NCBI RefSeq assembly: GCF_006345805.1
Contig: NC_043002.1
Coordinates: forward strand, 56,296,001-56,360,000
Reading direction: 5' to 3'
Source: Octopus sinensis
Taxonomy: Eukaryota
Length of the DNA stretch: 64,000 nt
Shown: positions 36,100 through 49,919 of the stretch, one piece after another
Numbering within the stretch: the stretch's first letter is position 1
How the letters are laid out: the number at the start of each line of letters is the position of its first letter
Notes under the pieces: model-generated
Seen by the model: only the letters and a program-made list of their open reading frames with translations
Databases searched by the model: none
What the model was told of the DNA's origin: nothing
Made by a program: the position numbers and the translations under genes

Positions 36100-39000
36100 T
36101 TCTCTTTCTTTTATTGCGACAAGAGATGCAAGGCAGACGGCTGCAAACAGGAAAATTCAATTAAACACCTAACTGTGAATAATACATACACAATTGATAG
36201 TTGAATGTTGTATTATTATCATTAGCAGTCGAGACGGGACCCGGTGAGAGTTGTCTTTGCCTGAGGCACAACTTCAAATTTTCAACAGGAAACAAAAGAT
36301 ACCAAGTTCCTACTTCTCTTAATATAGCAAAAAACAGTTGTAAAAGTCCCCCACCACCGACAGGTTAATATCTACATTATCAATAAAATGTCGTGTAATA
36401 AGCGACAATAATTATGCTATTCAAGCAGTAACAACTATCGGCAGAACTCAGTCTCGTTGAAAAGTTATTCATTTAATCAATCTGTGCCCAAGCGATAATT
36501 ACCGTCACATATTTAATGACAATTATATCACAAAGGAATAAGTTTATATCAATCAAATTATCATTATTTCTAGTTGTATCGTACTCAGAAAATATGGAGA
36601 GGAAAAACACACTAAATCAATCTTCGTTCATGATACACTCACTAATATCGAAATGTAATCGATTTACCTATGCACACACAAGAAACTCTTCTATTTCATC
36701 ACGGTTTAGCTGAAATCTTAACATTAAGTTCGACTTCAAATTAAATAAATATACTGACAAGCTATAACTTATCCTCAACAGTCTCATTAAACACACAAAC
36801 AGGCTTAGAGTGGAACTTTGTTGAAAGTAATACGAAATGCTTTTGTGTTAATATTTTTAATTTGAATTATTTACATTTCACTTGTTAATTAATATTGTAT
36901 AAAATTGTATTTTGTATGAATTATAAACACGCTCGTTTGCAATTGTAGGTTTTTCATCATATTTATATCAGCTGTGAAGTGAGACACAAAATTACTAAAA
37001 TATTCTACTTCATTTAAAAAGTAATAAAAAGAAAGTTTTGTTACTGAGACCCCGATCAAGATTGATGTGACGCTATGAAAGTCATTCCAGTCTTGACCAT
37101 CCCGACTTGTATGTTCAAAGTCTACACTGTCCAACCTACTTGTTACGTAAAATGATAAGGTATAATCTGAGTAATTTAGCTGCTATTTCTAGTGACTGAA
37201 GCAACCACTCCATTCAGAGGTTTCTCTCCTTTATGGACTGCCAAAGGAAACAAACTAATAAAAAGTTCATTACAAAATTAAAAGCGAAGAACCATAGTTG
37301 TCGCTTACTACAAAATATCGAGACACATCTCTTTAACGAAATATTTTTAAAAAACCATTAATGAAACAGTAACCAAGATAGGATTATTGAAATCTCATAT
37401 CTCAACCGAACCAATTCAGGACATAGAGCAAGCTCGGGCTCGTTTAACAATACATACATACACACATCTATCTACCTCTATATATATATATAATGTTTGA
37501 GTGCACGATGCGACAAAATCAATGGAAGATGAAATCAAGTAGAGAACTTCAGAAAAAGCATAATAAAATGTTTAGGCTGGAAAGGAAGTAGCCGAGATAC
37601 TAAACCCTACCAGAAAGCGAAAATGATCTTCAGTCTATATTGTCTTCGGTATGAAATATTTTAAAGACATAAGACGAACATTATACTAAATAAATTCCAA
37701 GTTTTAAAAGGACAATACAATGAGCTGTAAAATAGCATTTATTATTACAGACCGATCGTATTTAACACTTACGTACCTACCTCTCCCAAAATCGTTTTCT
37801 TTGGTGCAATAAACCAAAGAAAATCAATCATGTATGAGTGAGCTGGGACTATGTGTATATAACATAGCCGTTTATTGTTATATAAACACCCACTTCAGAT
37901 TATTTAAAGAGGGAAAGCATGGTTTGACCATGCACAATGTTCTTTTGACAATGCTGTATGTTCCTGGTTCAAAATATACCGAACACAAATTTAATATAAG
38001 ATTAATTCCTAGGGTCATGAAGCGGGTCCTTTTCTTTATTTTCTGGTAAATAAGTAAATATGACGTAATGTTGGAGAAGTTGTTAGAAACTGGCTTCTGA
38101 ACTTCGAATTTTAAATAACTGCAAGTGTTGGTGACAAGTAAGAAGCGAATAAAAATAATTTAATAGATGCTCATGAAATGAGGCGAAAAATTCCTCTAGC
38201 ATGAACAAAATTGACGAAACTATTAGTTTTATATGTAGATACGTATATATATTTACCATATGTATATTTATATAACATATATGTAGGTATGTATATGACA
38301 ACAGGCCCAGGGAAGTCTCCATATGATAATGACTTCAAATTGTTATGAAATAAAGTTGAACAGAAAGACATTTACATCTATTTTTTTGTCTGCGAGAGAG
38401 ACCTTATAGTAAGTGTGTTGTTATAAACTTATAGAGTGAGATATGGCAAGGACAATGTAATAAGAGTTAAATCGCTAATAGACACGACAGGGGGAAAAAT
38501 ACATAAGACTATGAGGACAGTTTTTGCAGGAGTCTAAATGACTAAATTATATCATGCACATTGGATTCATAGAAATTAATTTAACCGAACAATATCAAGG
38601 CTTTATAAAAGTGGAATGGACGAATTTATGGCTGCTACTACTTACCAGTAATGGAACAAAAATGATCCACGGTGGCACTCACAATTTTCTTCTTTCCTCT
38701 GGCCGCCATTAGCGATTTGGCGCTATTTCAAAACGAGGCTGAATTACCAACCATATGGGGAGGGGGAGGAACAGGGTGACTCTTTATTTCAGATGCAATA
38801 ACAATAATGTTAATAATAATAAACACAATCTAATATAATCTACAACCTACTTTCTATTTCTATCGTCAATTTATATATTTATAAGGCAATTCTTTTGTCT
38901 ATGAAAGAAAAGAAAAACATGCCAACTGAAAACATTTAACTAGAATTGAAAAATGACTACGATTTGTTCGAAGAAACGTTGAAGAAAAAGAATGTATTTT

Positions 39001-41100
39001 ATTTAATGTTTTTTTTCTTTATTTTAATAGGCCATCATAAGAGTCGATATTTAATCAATGTCCAGCTGCTGTATTTCGCTTTGTTAAACGATTTAGCCGA
39101 GTGCTCGCAATTTTTTAATAATACCATGTTTCGGACGCTTATGTCGTTAAAAAATCTTAGGGATAAAAAATGAACATCACAACATCCCATTTCTATTCTC
39201 TTTTTTTTTTTTTTTACCTACTTAAAATTTTTCTTCTTAATCACGTAATGATTTTTAACATAAGCTTATATCAAAATCCGTACCTTTTTTTTTCCCAAAA
39301 ACATAAACAAATCATTAAAATAGTTTTTTCTTGTTCGTTCATATTTATTCCATTCATTCAATAGTGTCAGATATAGCGGTATGCTTTTACCGAAAATAAT
39401 TAGAACCTTGAGAGGGGATATCGCTTTTTAAAGTGCACTGAGTGTAGGTGTAATCATAATAAATCAAATGAGTCACATCTCGCTAGATTTCTGCCCACAA
39501 CAACACGTGCTATCTGATATCATTAGATCACAATGTGTAGTAAATGAAAAATCGATACAAGGCATTCGCTCTGCTTTTGCCTCTCTCTTAGCAACTGTAA
39601 TATTTTAACGGTTTCTGGAAACCAGTCTGAGAAATATTGGAAAGGGAGGGAAATATCTTGAATATTTAATTTTTTAAATTTAATTTATATTAAATTTATT
39701 TCCATTTTGGAGTCATCTTTATTATTTGGGGGCTTCAGTAATCTCAAGAAAGAAAATTAACATTTAAAATCATTAAAGATAATATATTTTAAATTCAATT
39801 TTAAAATCCCTTTTATTTATAAAGCTATAATTACTGTGCTGCATATACATTAAATCTTTAATTAACCCGTAGTATCAGCGTAAATTAATTGATTAAATTT
39901 TGTTATTAACTTAAATGTCATCAACTAATCCTTTATTACATTTGCTAATGTAATTCAACAATCTTTAAAAGGATTTCAAACACTATTTTTAATAGTATTT
40001 TTTATATGTTATCTTTTGTAATCTTCAAAATATCCAGTTATTTTCATTATGGTGTATTTCTATCGATGTAACAGTAATATTCCTAATAATTCCATTATTC
40101 TGACACGAGCATAACTCACTCCCAGCCCACATCACCCCCATGAAAATTCCACCAGCTCTAATTTTAATGACCAAATCACGACTTATTATTGAAAATATTA
40201 TTTTTGCGCGAGAAATCTCCCTTCACTGAGAAACGATCTTGCTTAATTACATCAATAATTATAACCAACATCGTTTTCTATATTTCTTAATCTTTCGGTC
40301 CTCAGCGTGTGTGTGTGTGTGTACACACACACACACATACATACTAGTGCGTCTGTATAGATGTGTGTGGGTGGGTGTATATACATATATATGTATGTAT
40401 ATATATATATATACACACACACACGTGTGTGCGCACAGATATATGTATGTTGCGTTTAATTATTTTAATCATTAAACATATTAATTTCTTTTTTTAATTC
40501 GATATTAATTTCTATATATTACCATTATAAGAACAACATTTCTATTATATCTCGGTTAACCTACAGCAGCATTATTATTAGTTAATTACTGAATTAATAT
40601 ATGTTCCCAACTTAAATGCTATTAACTAATAGCTTTTATTATATGAAACCTTTGGGTCAATTACCCTGGAATCACATACAATTAGAATCGTCACACATTT
40701 TTGTGCGACAAAAAAGCATGTATGTTTACGCACGCATGTGTATATGTACGAGTGCATGAATATGTATACACACAAACACACACACACATCATTTACTTAG
40801 TTTCAGTGATTGGGTCGCGGCCATGTGGCGGATCGCCTTGGAGGGGTTCAGTCGAACGAATCGACCCCTATTTTTAAAATTTGGTACGTCTATTTTGCCG
40901 AACTGCCTGGTTATCGGGGTATAAACAAACCAACATAGATTGCCAAGCGGCGCACACACACACATATATCACCATCATCATCATTTGACGTCCATGTTCT
41001 ATGCTGGCATGGGTAGAGCGACTTAACAGCAAGTGGCAAGTCAGAAGATTCCACCAAACTCTCTACAGTCCTGGGGTTAAACAACCGTAACAAGCGTCCT
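36100..41100. promoter_or_regulatory. CpG-retaining, largely TE-free promoter region of UBXN7, with a YY1-like CGCCAT overlapping the start codon (38702-38710)
   Basis: Visible excess of CpG relative to the flanking CpG-depleted intronic DNA, centred on exon 1, with almost no SINE/LINE copies from ~36.0 to 40.7 kb. The TSS itself is not determinable. Confidence 0.6.
38646..38709 (-). CDS. UBXN7: UBXN7 coding exon 1 (MAARGKKKIVSATVDHFCSIT-G), start of the UBA-like domain
   Basis: ATG at 38709 in the context AATGGCGGCC. 21 codons + 1 nt, then donor G|GTAAGT. VDHFCSITG matches the UBXN7 first UBA helix (vertebrate IQQFTTITG), and phase 1 joins exon 2 in frame. Sits at the centre of a CpG-retaining, TE-free zone. 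Confidence 0.87.
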
Positions 41101-41177
41101 TTCTAGAGCAGCTACATTATGTTGGCAAATAGTCTTTACTTTATATATAGAGATATATCTATCTATCTATCTATCTA

Positions 41178-41224
<47 letters not shown>

Positions 41225-41238
41225 ACACCTATTGTTAC

Positions 41239-41259
41239 CTGATGATTTCGTCTGCAGGC
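41239..41259 (-). CDS. Possible 21-nt microexon (W-PADEII-R/S), phase 2-2
   Basis: ATTTTGCAG|GCCTGCAGACGAAATCATCAG|GTAACA, frame-compatible with the 46697 donor. It is short enough to be chance. Confidence 0.22.
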
Positions 41260-41439
41260 CTGCAAAATTTCGAAAATTATGAGTATATAAAGAGCAATAG
41301 ATATGATTTTGTTTGCCATCTATTGATTATTTTGTTTGCCATCTAGTCATAAAATTCTAAGAACATCTGACTGCCAGAAACAATCTGTTTGGAAATAGAA
41401 TATACAATATATATTCTATATATCTCTCCAGTCATCCTG

Positions 41440-42915
41440 GTCCTTTGTTATCTCCCCTGTGAGGTTCAAATTGTGAGATCATCATTCACTGCTTTTCCTG
41501 GATCTCTTTAAATGTCTGGCACTTCTCTGTACATCCATAAATATCACATGGCCAAACCATTACAGTCTTCTCCCTAGTACACAACAGCTGATTCTTCTTA
41601 TGCTCAATTTTTCTCTCAACATACTTGCACTTTGTCATGCATGCACACTCATGTTGCACATCTTGCAGAGTATGCCAGCTTCATTTCTTTCTAGTCTTTG
41701 CAAGTCCTCTGTATGCAGGGCTCTTGTCTCACTACCATGTAGCATTATTGTTTGGACACAAACATCATACAGTCCACCTTTCACTCTAAAAGCGAGACCT
41801 TTTGCTAACAACAGACTTAAGAGCTTTCTGAACTTCCACCATTCTGTTCTTATTCTAGCAACTGCTTTAAACATCCTCTTCCACTGCTAATTAGCAGTGT
41901 CTATTTCTCATGCATCCTTATTGCTCATGGTTCCTGATCATCTGCCACACAAAGTCTATTTTCTGTTAAATTGCCTGAGATATCACTGTATCTCTTCTGT
42001 GTCTATAGTTTGCATTGGGTCCACCATACAAAAGTTCTGTTCACACCTTTCCTACATATTGAGCAAAGCCATTTCCCTGAATAGAAGCTGAGAACTATAT
42101 TTTTTATTAACATTTTGGTCTTTGCTAAATTGACTTTGAGGCTCTTTGATTCCAGGTTTTGCTTCCTCACCTGAAATTTCTTTTCTAATTGTACTACAGA
42201 TCATTAGCATAAAACTGTTCTAATGGACAACCTACATTAAACTCCTGTTATGACCTAGAGGACTGACAACCAAGCCCTGATGAACTCCTAACTGCATATT
42301 GTATTCATAACTATATTCATTGTTAACTTTTATCTTCCTAATAGCACATCTGTACATGGCTTGTATGGTTCTCACAAGCCATTCATCTATCCCTACTTTC
42401 CTCAATGTCAATCAGCGTACAGAGTAAGGGCCCTAGTGAAAAGGCTTTCTCCAAGTCAGCAAATGCTATGTAGAGCAACTTACTTTTAGCCAGCAAGAAG
42501 TAGGACAGCATCCATAGTACTTCTCCCTGCTACAAACCCAGACTGCATCTCATCTACTCTCTCATTAATCAAGCTCTCTTTCTGTAACTCTCATGACTTG
42601 GTCTGAAAATTTAATACCTCTATGATTTTTTCTCTTTAAATTATCACTTTTACCCTTGTAACAGTTAGCTATAATGTTGCTACACCAGTCACTGGGTATG
42701 ACAACTTCCTGTACAACCTGATTAACTATGCAGGTAACTAGGCCATGTCTTATGCCATCAAATATTTTAAGCATTTCAGCAGCAATTCCTGATGGACCAG
42801 GGATTCTTTGTGCTTTCATATTCTTAACTGTTTTATTTATTATACTGATGTCCATATGATAGCTGATGCCTCGTTGGATCCATGTTGAGAAGATCCTCTT
42901 TTCTCCATACATTCT
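41440..42915 (-). mobile_element. RTE-X-like LINE fragment, degenerate RT
   Basis: KTVKNMKAQRIPGPSGIAAEMLK..IPSDW...YKGK..NHRGIKF (42565-42912) and GLAFRVKGGLYDVCVQTIMLHGSET (41635-41874). Confidence 0.85.
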
Positions 42916-44614
42916 AAGCAGTTAACAGCCTTTCACAGTAGCACTGCTTACCTAATTCTTTTCATAATAACTAAGTATAAGAAGGTGGTGAACTGGCAGA
43001 AACGTTAGCATGCCCCGCAAAATGCTTAGCGGTATTTCATCTGTCTTGACATGCTGAGTTCAAATTCCTCCGAGGTTGACTTTGCCTTTTATCCTTTCGG
43101 GGTTGATAAATTAAGTACCAGTTGCATACTGAGGTTGATCTAATTGACTGGCCTCCTCCCCAAAAATTTCAGGCCTTCTGCCTAGAGTAGGAAAGAATAC
43201 CTAACAGTAAAAGCACCATTAAGACATTTATACACATTTCTCATCCAAAATTCCTCAATTCTCTTTGATTTGCTGCCTTGTAACCAGGAATACCTCACAC
43301 TTCTAATCTCCATGCTGCAAAACATTGGCAAGCCTGTTCCTTTCTGCTTCTCCCAATGCTAAGTCAATAATTCTCTCCTACCCCTGGCTCCCAGGTTATT
43401 CAACTCTGGCTCTCTTCCCTTTTATACTTCTCTCTAACTCCTTGTTCCAACACCACGTTACCTTGGTCATCCTGGAACTTTATATACACATACATTACAT
43501 ATATATATATATTCATATTTATGTGTGTGTGTATGTATATATACACACACATGTATATATGCATACACATATATTTATCAAATGTATGTCTTATAAAATT
43601 ATTCCACATATACAATAACAGGCATACCAACAATCCAACATACCCCCATCATCAGCTGCCCCATGGATATCACTATACTTTCGACACATATAGGTGAACT
43701 AAACTTCAGAGATGCTTTACCTCACACAGAAACTGCTGGAAACCTCCCTGTATCATCATTATCTCAGGATTACAAGTGTTTTGCCCCTTAGCCTTGATGC
43801 ATCACTTGAGTGGAGCAGCAAGGACTGAGCTAGTCTTCACCTACAGAAGGATTCCTCTTGTGGTCTCAACCATAGCCATCTTGGGCTGGTTTCATCTGCT
43901 GTGCCTATTTCTTTGATGGGTTTTTTCAGTCATCTGGGTTCCAAACCTATCTTCCACAGGAAATAGAGCATTGATCTAGATGGAAAGCTATGGCAACTGA
44001 CTTCAAATCAGTGAACAGCAATGTTGAAACCGGTATGACTTTCTATATTGACTCATAATAATGATTTTTATGCTTCTTAATTCCACCTAAGATCATTTAT
44101 TTATATGTATATATCGTTTTTATTTTAAAAATCCATTACTTTTATACCTAGCATGCATTTTTTGTTTCTTTTTACTTTTCCCTATATATATATCATCATC
44201 AGCAGCAGCAGCATATTTCCATGCTCGGATGGGTCAAATGGAATTCATTAAGGCAGATTTTTCTATAGCAGTATGCCCTTCTTGTCACCAACCCTCACCT
44301 GTTTCCCAATAAGGTGATATTTCCCCATGGCCAGACATGTGTTCGGAGAATATTAGAAACAAATGACACTGATTGTTTGATGTTGATACTTACTCTTTTA
44401 TTTGTTTCAGTCATTTGACTGAGGTCATGCTGGAGCACCACCTTTAGTTCAACAAATCGACCCCGGGATTCATTCTTTGTAAGCCTAGTACTTATTCCAT
44501 CAGTCTGTTTTGCCGAACTGCTAAGTTACAGGGATGTAAACACACCAGCATCGGTCATCAAGCGATGGTGAGAAGACAAACACGGACACACAAACACACA
44601 CACATATATATATA

Positions 44615-45775
44615 TCATCATCATCATCGTTTAATGTCTGTTTTCCATGCTAGCATGGGTTGGATGGTTCAACCGGGGTCTGGGAAGCCAGGAGGTGCAC
44701 CAGCTCCAGTCTGATCTGGCATTATTTCTACAGCTGGATGCCCTTCCTAACGCCAACCACTCTGTGAGTGTAGTGAGTGCTTTTTACGTGCCACCGGCAC
44801 AGGTACCAGGCGAGGCTGGCAACAGCCATGACCGGTTGGTGCTTTTTACTTGCCACCAGCACAGAAGCCAGTCGAGGCAGCACTGGCAACGGCCACGTTC
44901 AGATGGTGCTTTTTACGTGCCACCAGCACTGGTATCATAACTAGTTTCCATTGATTTTTTTGATCGATTTTGATTTCACTTGCCTCAACAGGTCTTCACA
45001 AGCAGAGTTTTGTGTCCAAAGAAGGAAAGGTATGCATAAGTGGACTGGCTACATCCCAGGTAAAGGCCATGATATGGTCTCACTTGTCCTGCCGGGTGTT
45101 CTCATGTACAGCATATTTCCTAAGGTCTCGGTCACTAGTCATTGCCTCGGTGAGACCTAATGTTCGAAGGTCGTGCTTCACCACTTCATCCCAGGTCTTC
45201 CTGGGTCTACCTCTTCCACAGGTTCCCTCAACCACTAGGGTGTGGCACTTTTTCACACACCTATCTTCATCCATTCTCGCCACATGACCATACCAGTGCA
45301 ATCATCTCTCTTGCACACAACTGATGCTTCTTAAGTCCGACTTTTCTCTCAAGGTACTTACACTCTGTCGAATATGAACACTGACATTACACATCCATCG
45401 GAGCATACTGGCTTCATTCCTTGCAAACTTACGCATATCTTCAGCAGTCATGGCCCATGTTTCACTGCCATGTAGCATGGCTGTTCGTACACATGCATCA
45501 TACAGTCTGCCGTTTACTCTGAGCGAGAGGCCTTTTGTCACCAGCAGAGGTAAGAGCTCTCTGAACTTTGCCCAGGCTATTCTTACTCTAGCAGTTACAC
45601 TTTCAGCACACTCGCAACCACTACTGACTTGGTCACCTAGGTAATGGAAGCTATAAACTACTTCTAGTTTTTCTCCCTGGAATGTGGCGGAAGTTGTTCT
45701 CTGCACATTTTCAGTGTTTATTGCTCCTGAGCATCTGTCACATACAAAAACTATCTTCCTAAGTTAGCCTTCCTT
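44615..45775 (-). mobile_element. RTE-X-like LINE, 3' 1.2 kb including ORF end, 3'UTR and (GAT)n tail
   Basis: GEKLEVVYSFHYLGD..ARVRIAWAKFRELLPLL..LYDACVRTAMLHGSETW and LxWYGHVARMDEDRCVKK..GRGRPRKTW, continuous with the abundant tail repeat. Confidence 0.9.
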
Positions 45776-46696
45776 TGACATATATATATATATACAACGG
45801 GCTTCTTTCAATTTCCGTCTACCAAATCCACTTGTAAGGTAAGGCTTTGGTTGGCCCGAGGCTATAGTAGAAGACACTTGCCCAAGGTGCCACACAGTGG
45901 GGCTGACTCAGAACTATGTGGTTGGGAATCAAACTTCTTACCACACAGCCTGCTTTTATATGTATGTGTGTGTCATCATCATCATCATTTAAGGTCCGCT
46001 TTCCATGCTGGCATGGGTTGGACTGTTTGACTGAAAGCTGGTAAGCCTGTTGGAGGTGGGGGGGCTGCACCAAGTTGCGATCTGATTTGGCAAGGTTCCT
46101 ACAGCTGGATGCCCTTCCTAATGCCAACCACTCCGAGAGTGTAGTGGGTGTTTTTTACATGCCACCAGTATAGGTGTCATTGACCTGACACTGGCATCGG
46201 CCACAGTTACTGTCTCACTTGGCTTGACAGGTCTACACAAGCATGGTATATTGCCAGAGGTCTTGGTTACCTGTCACTGCCTTCATGAAGCCCAACACTT
46301 GAATGGTGCTTTTTATGTGCCACCGGCACAGGTGCCAGTGTGTTTCTCACTTAAAAGCATTTTTCAGACTAATATTTTAGAGTTTGTTATCCACTATGCC
46401 AATAGGGCTGCTGAACTACACACACAAAGGCAGGGCTGTGCGGTAAAGAAGTTTTGTTTCAGACTCACAAAGAGGTTTGATCTCATTGTGTAAATATCGT
46501 AAGCTAACAGTCATTAAGCCAATACTTTGAGTGAAATTAGGTAGATGAAAATTGAAAAAGCCTATCATATGTGTATGTCATGACAGGTCACTTATTGGTT
46601 ATTGGTTACATGTAATGCAATACAACTTGTATGATCAGGTGACTTAGTGAGTAGGGTGAATTTTGAGATCACCGCAGGATGAAAGACAAGACTCAC

Positions 46697-46866
46697 CAAA
46701 GGGTGGATGAACTCAGGAGAGTCAATAGCCATCCTAGTAAAACCACCAGTAGTGAAGGGAGACCCCGGCTGTTGTAAATGCATTCTTCTTTAAGCGGGCT
46801 GTTCTGATGTAAAACCTGTGGTTTCACATGATTAATGCACATCTTGGTTTGGTCTGTTACTAGATA
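46697..46866 (-). CDS. Putative coding exon of an unidentified gene encoding a signal-peptide/TM-like segment (YLVTDQTKMCINHVKPQVLHQNSPLKEECIYNSRGLPSLLVVLLGWLLTLLSSSTL-W/C)
   Basis: Acceptor TCATTTTCAG, consensus donor TG|GTGAGT, 170 nt open only in phase 0. In-frame ATG at 46842, hydrophobic run LPSLLVVLLGWLLTLL. Lies in a ~2-kb TE-poor island. No family recognised. Confidence 0.5.
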
Positions 46867-48663
46867 CTGAAAATGAACAGTCAGAAAGTGCTATTCGTCT
46901 GGTACAAGTGTTTATCACTATAGTATAGATATCTTTAGGAGAACCACTGGTCTAAGTAAAGTGAAAATGCATCTATCTAGTTGAGAGGAGTAGAGATTGT
47001 TGTAGAAGGGAGGGAGGGAGATAGAGAGAGGAAATGTCTGGCTGGTAGTGGCTAGAGCAGGTTGATTAATGATTTTTTGCCAATCAATTGTGATTTATGA
47101 AAACAAAAATAAAATCAATTGTCTGGAAAATTTATTTGTATCACTTGATAATTAATCTTAAATATTTAAGTATTTAATTAATCTAAGACAAAAACTTTCA
47201 TTGAGAATGCTTTTAAGTTCTCCTTCTTCTCTCTCTCTTTATTCTTTAGAGTTTTTATTTCAGATTCAAATCTGAAATTCAAGTCTGATAAAATTGAAAC
47301 AATTTTCCAAATCAAAATATCACGGTCAGGAATTTTTACTGAAAACTTGTTTTTAATGAAATTAAAATTGAGTTACATTTCAAATCAACACAACTTATAT
47401 ATGAATTTTTTAAAATTCAATTTTATTCTAATTTTAGATATTCAGATCATAAAAATATGTTTTCCTTCAATCTGGAATTTTAAACTGAAACTAAAAGAGA
47501 GAGAGAAAGAAAGAAGAAAATGAAGAGAAGAAAGATAGAAAGGAAAATGAAGAATATGATTATAATTATTTAAATTGTAGACTTCATATGGTTTGGAGAC
47601 GAAAATCATTTGATATTTACATCTCCAAGATGTTTTACTCAGTTTATTGTTTATTTATCATCCGATGTCTTATTCATGGATTTGTACTCTAATGAAGTTA
47701 ATTGCCTGTAAAATTATAACTTAATTAACAAACAAATCATCTCAGAAATTTAATAAATAATTAAAAGCTACAAAAGCAGTATTAATAGTAAAAAGTAATA
47801 TTCATTTCCACTTAAAAGTGGATGTTGTGTTAGAACACAGAGTACTGCATTATGCACCATAAGAGAACCTCTCGCATGGATTTGTGGTCCATATAATCAC
47901 TTGTGTTTATATAACTAGCTGGAGATAATCACCCGTTATTGCCACCAGGACCACCAGATCACATGATTTCAACCTTCCTTGACCTTGTCAACAGTAGATG
48001 TCCACAGCTAGAGATAGCAGTGATCCTGGGGAACAATTTGTTCAACTAAAGGTGGTGCTCCAGCATGGCTGCAGTCAAATGACTGAAATAGGTAAAAAGA
48101 ACAAAGAAATTAGGGAGAATTAGCTGTCTTAGGTATGAATTTCTGTAAGGTTGATAACAAAAATAGATCAATCTGAGAAAATATAAAAATAGTATATGTT
48201 AAAATTTACTTATTAAATGCCATTATTACAGATTTCTCTTTTTAATTGCTGTACAGCCTGATTTTTTGAAGTTATGACACTTGCATTGCAGAGAAGAAAA
48301 CCTTTCTTATAAATACAGTTGAAGGTAATTGTAAATAGAAATTTTATTTTCAGTTATCAAAACCAGTTACAAAAAATATTAAAATTCTACAGAGGGGAAT
48401 TTATGAATGGAGTTGTCTGTCTAATTAAATATATGCAATGTTTGTATATGTATGTATATGAACACATTCTTTTATTCTTTCTTTTGTTTCAGTCATTAGA
48501 CTGCAGTCATGCTGGAGCACCACCTTTTAGTCGAGCAAATCAACCCCAGGACTTATTACTTGTAAATCTAGTACTTATTCTATCGGTCTCTTTTTGCTGA
48601 ACAGCTAAATTACAGGGACATAAACACACCAGCATTGGTTGTCAAGCGATAGTGAGGAGACAA

Positions 48664-48696
<33 letters not shown>

Positions 48697-49919
48697 CGAT
48701 GGGCTTCTTTCAGTTTCCACCTACCAAATCCACTCACAAGGCTTTGGTCAGCCCAAGGTTATAGTGGAGGACACCTACCAAAGGTGCCACACAGTGGGCC
48801 TGAACCCAGAACCATGTGGTTGGTAAGCAAGTTACTTACAACACAGCCACATATATGTATATATATTCATATATATATATATATAGATATATACACATAT
48901 GTATACATATATGCATATATACACACACATATATGATGATAGACTTTCCAATTGAAGATGACATATGAGTTTTCAGCTTTTGCCGAATAACCTGCACAAT
49001 TGATTTGTTTCTAATGATCAAAAATAAGCTGTACATTACTTCGCTACCTCAATCAAATTGATGCTGTCTGAAAAGGTGCACGGTGTACCACACATCAGGT
49101 GTCAAAGTGATTGCAGAGTAACATGAAATGAGGTGTTTTGCTGAAGAACACAATGTCTTGAAAAATTTTTAGCCAAATGAATCAACCCCAGTATATTTCT
49201 TTTCTAAAGCCTGGTACTTATTTTATCAATCTCTTTTGCCAAACTGCTAAGTTACAGGGATACAAAACACACCAATACCGGTTATCAAGTGGTGGTGGGA
49301 GACAAACACTGGCTCAAAGACACACATGCATATATGACAGGCTTCTTTCAGTTTCCATCAATTAAATCCATTTACAAAACTATAGAAGACAAGTGCCCAA
49401 GGTGCCACAGTGGGACTGAACCTGGAACCATGTGGCCTAGAAGGAAACTTCTTTACCACACACACACGCATATAGAAGTATTTTGGCTTCCCTTTTTAGT
49501 GAAGCAGGTGCTTATGTTGTACCCTAGTATATATAAATATATTTTTATATATCTTAAATATAATTTATTAATTTGCTTATACAGCTTTATGCTCATGGCC
49601 ACCAACGTTATTTTTAGAAATAATATTGTTCGTAATATTTCATATATATCATCATCATCATCATCTAATGTCCGTTGTCCATGCTGGCATGGGTTGGATG
49701 GTTTGACTGGGCTGAAATGCTGGAAGACTGCACCAGACTCCAGTCTGATTTGGCTTGGTTTTCTATGGTTGGATGCCCTTCCTAACACCAACCACTCCAA
49801 GAGTGTAATGGGTGATTTTATGTGCCAATTGTATGACACTGGTATCTACCACAACTGTGATTTTCTCGGCTTGATGGGTCTTCTTCTCAAGCACAACATA
49901 ATGCCAAAGGTCTTGGTCA

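Larger units (their letters stand above)
7142..38645 (-). other. UBXN7: UBXN7 intron 1 (31,504 bp)
   Basis: GT at 38645-38644 and AG at 7143-7142, bounded by in-frame exons 1 and 2. Confidence 0.8.
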
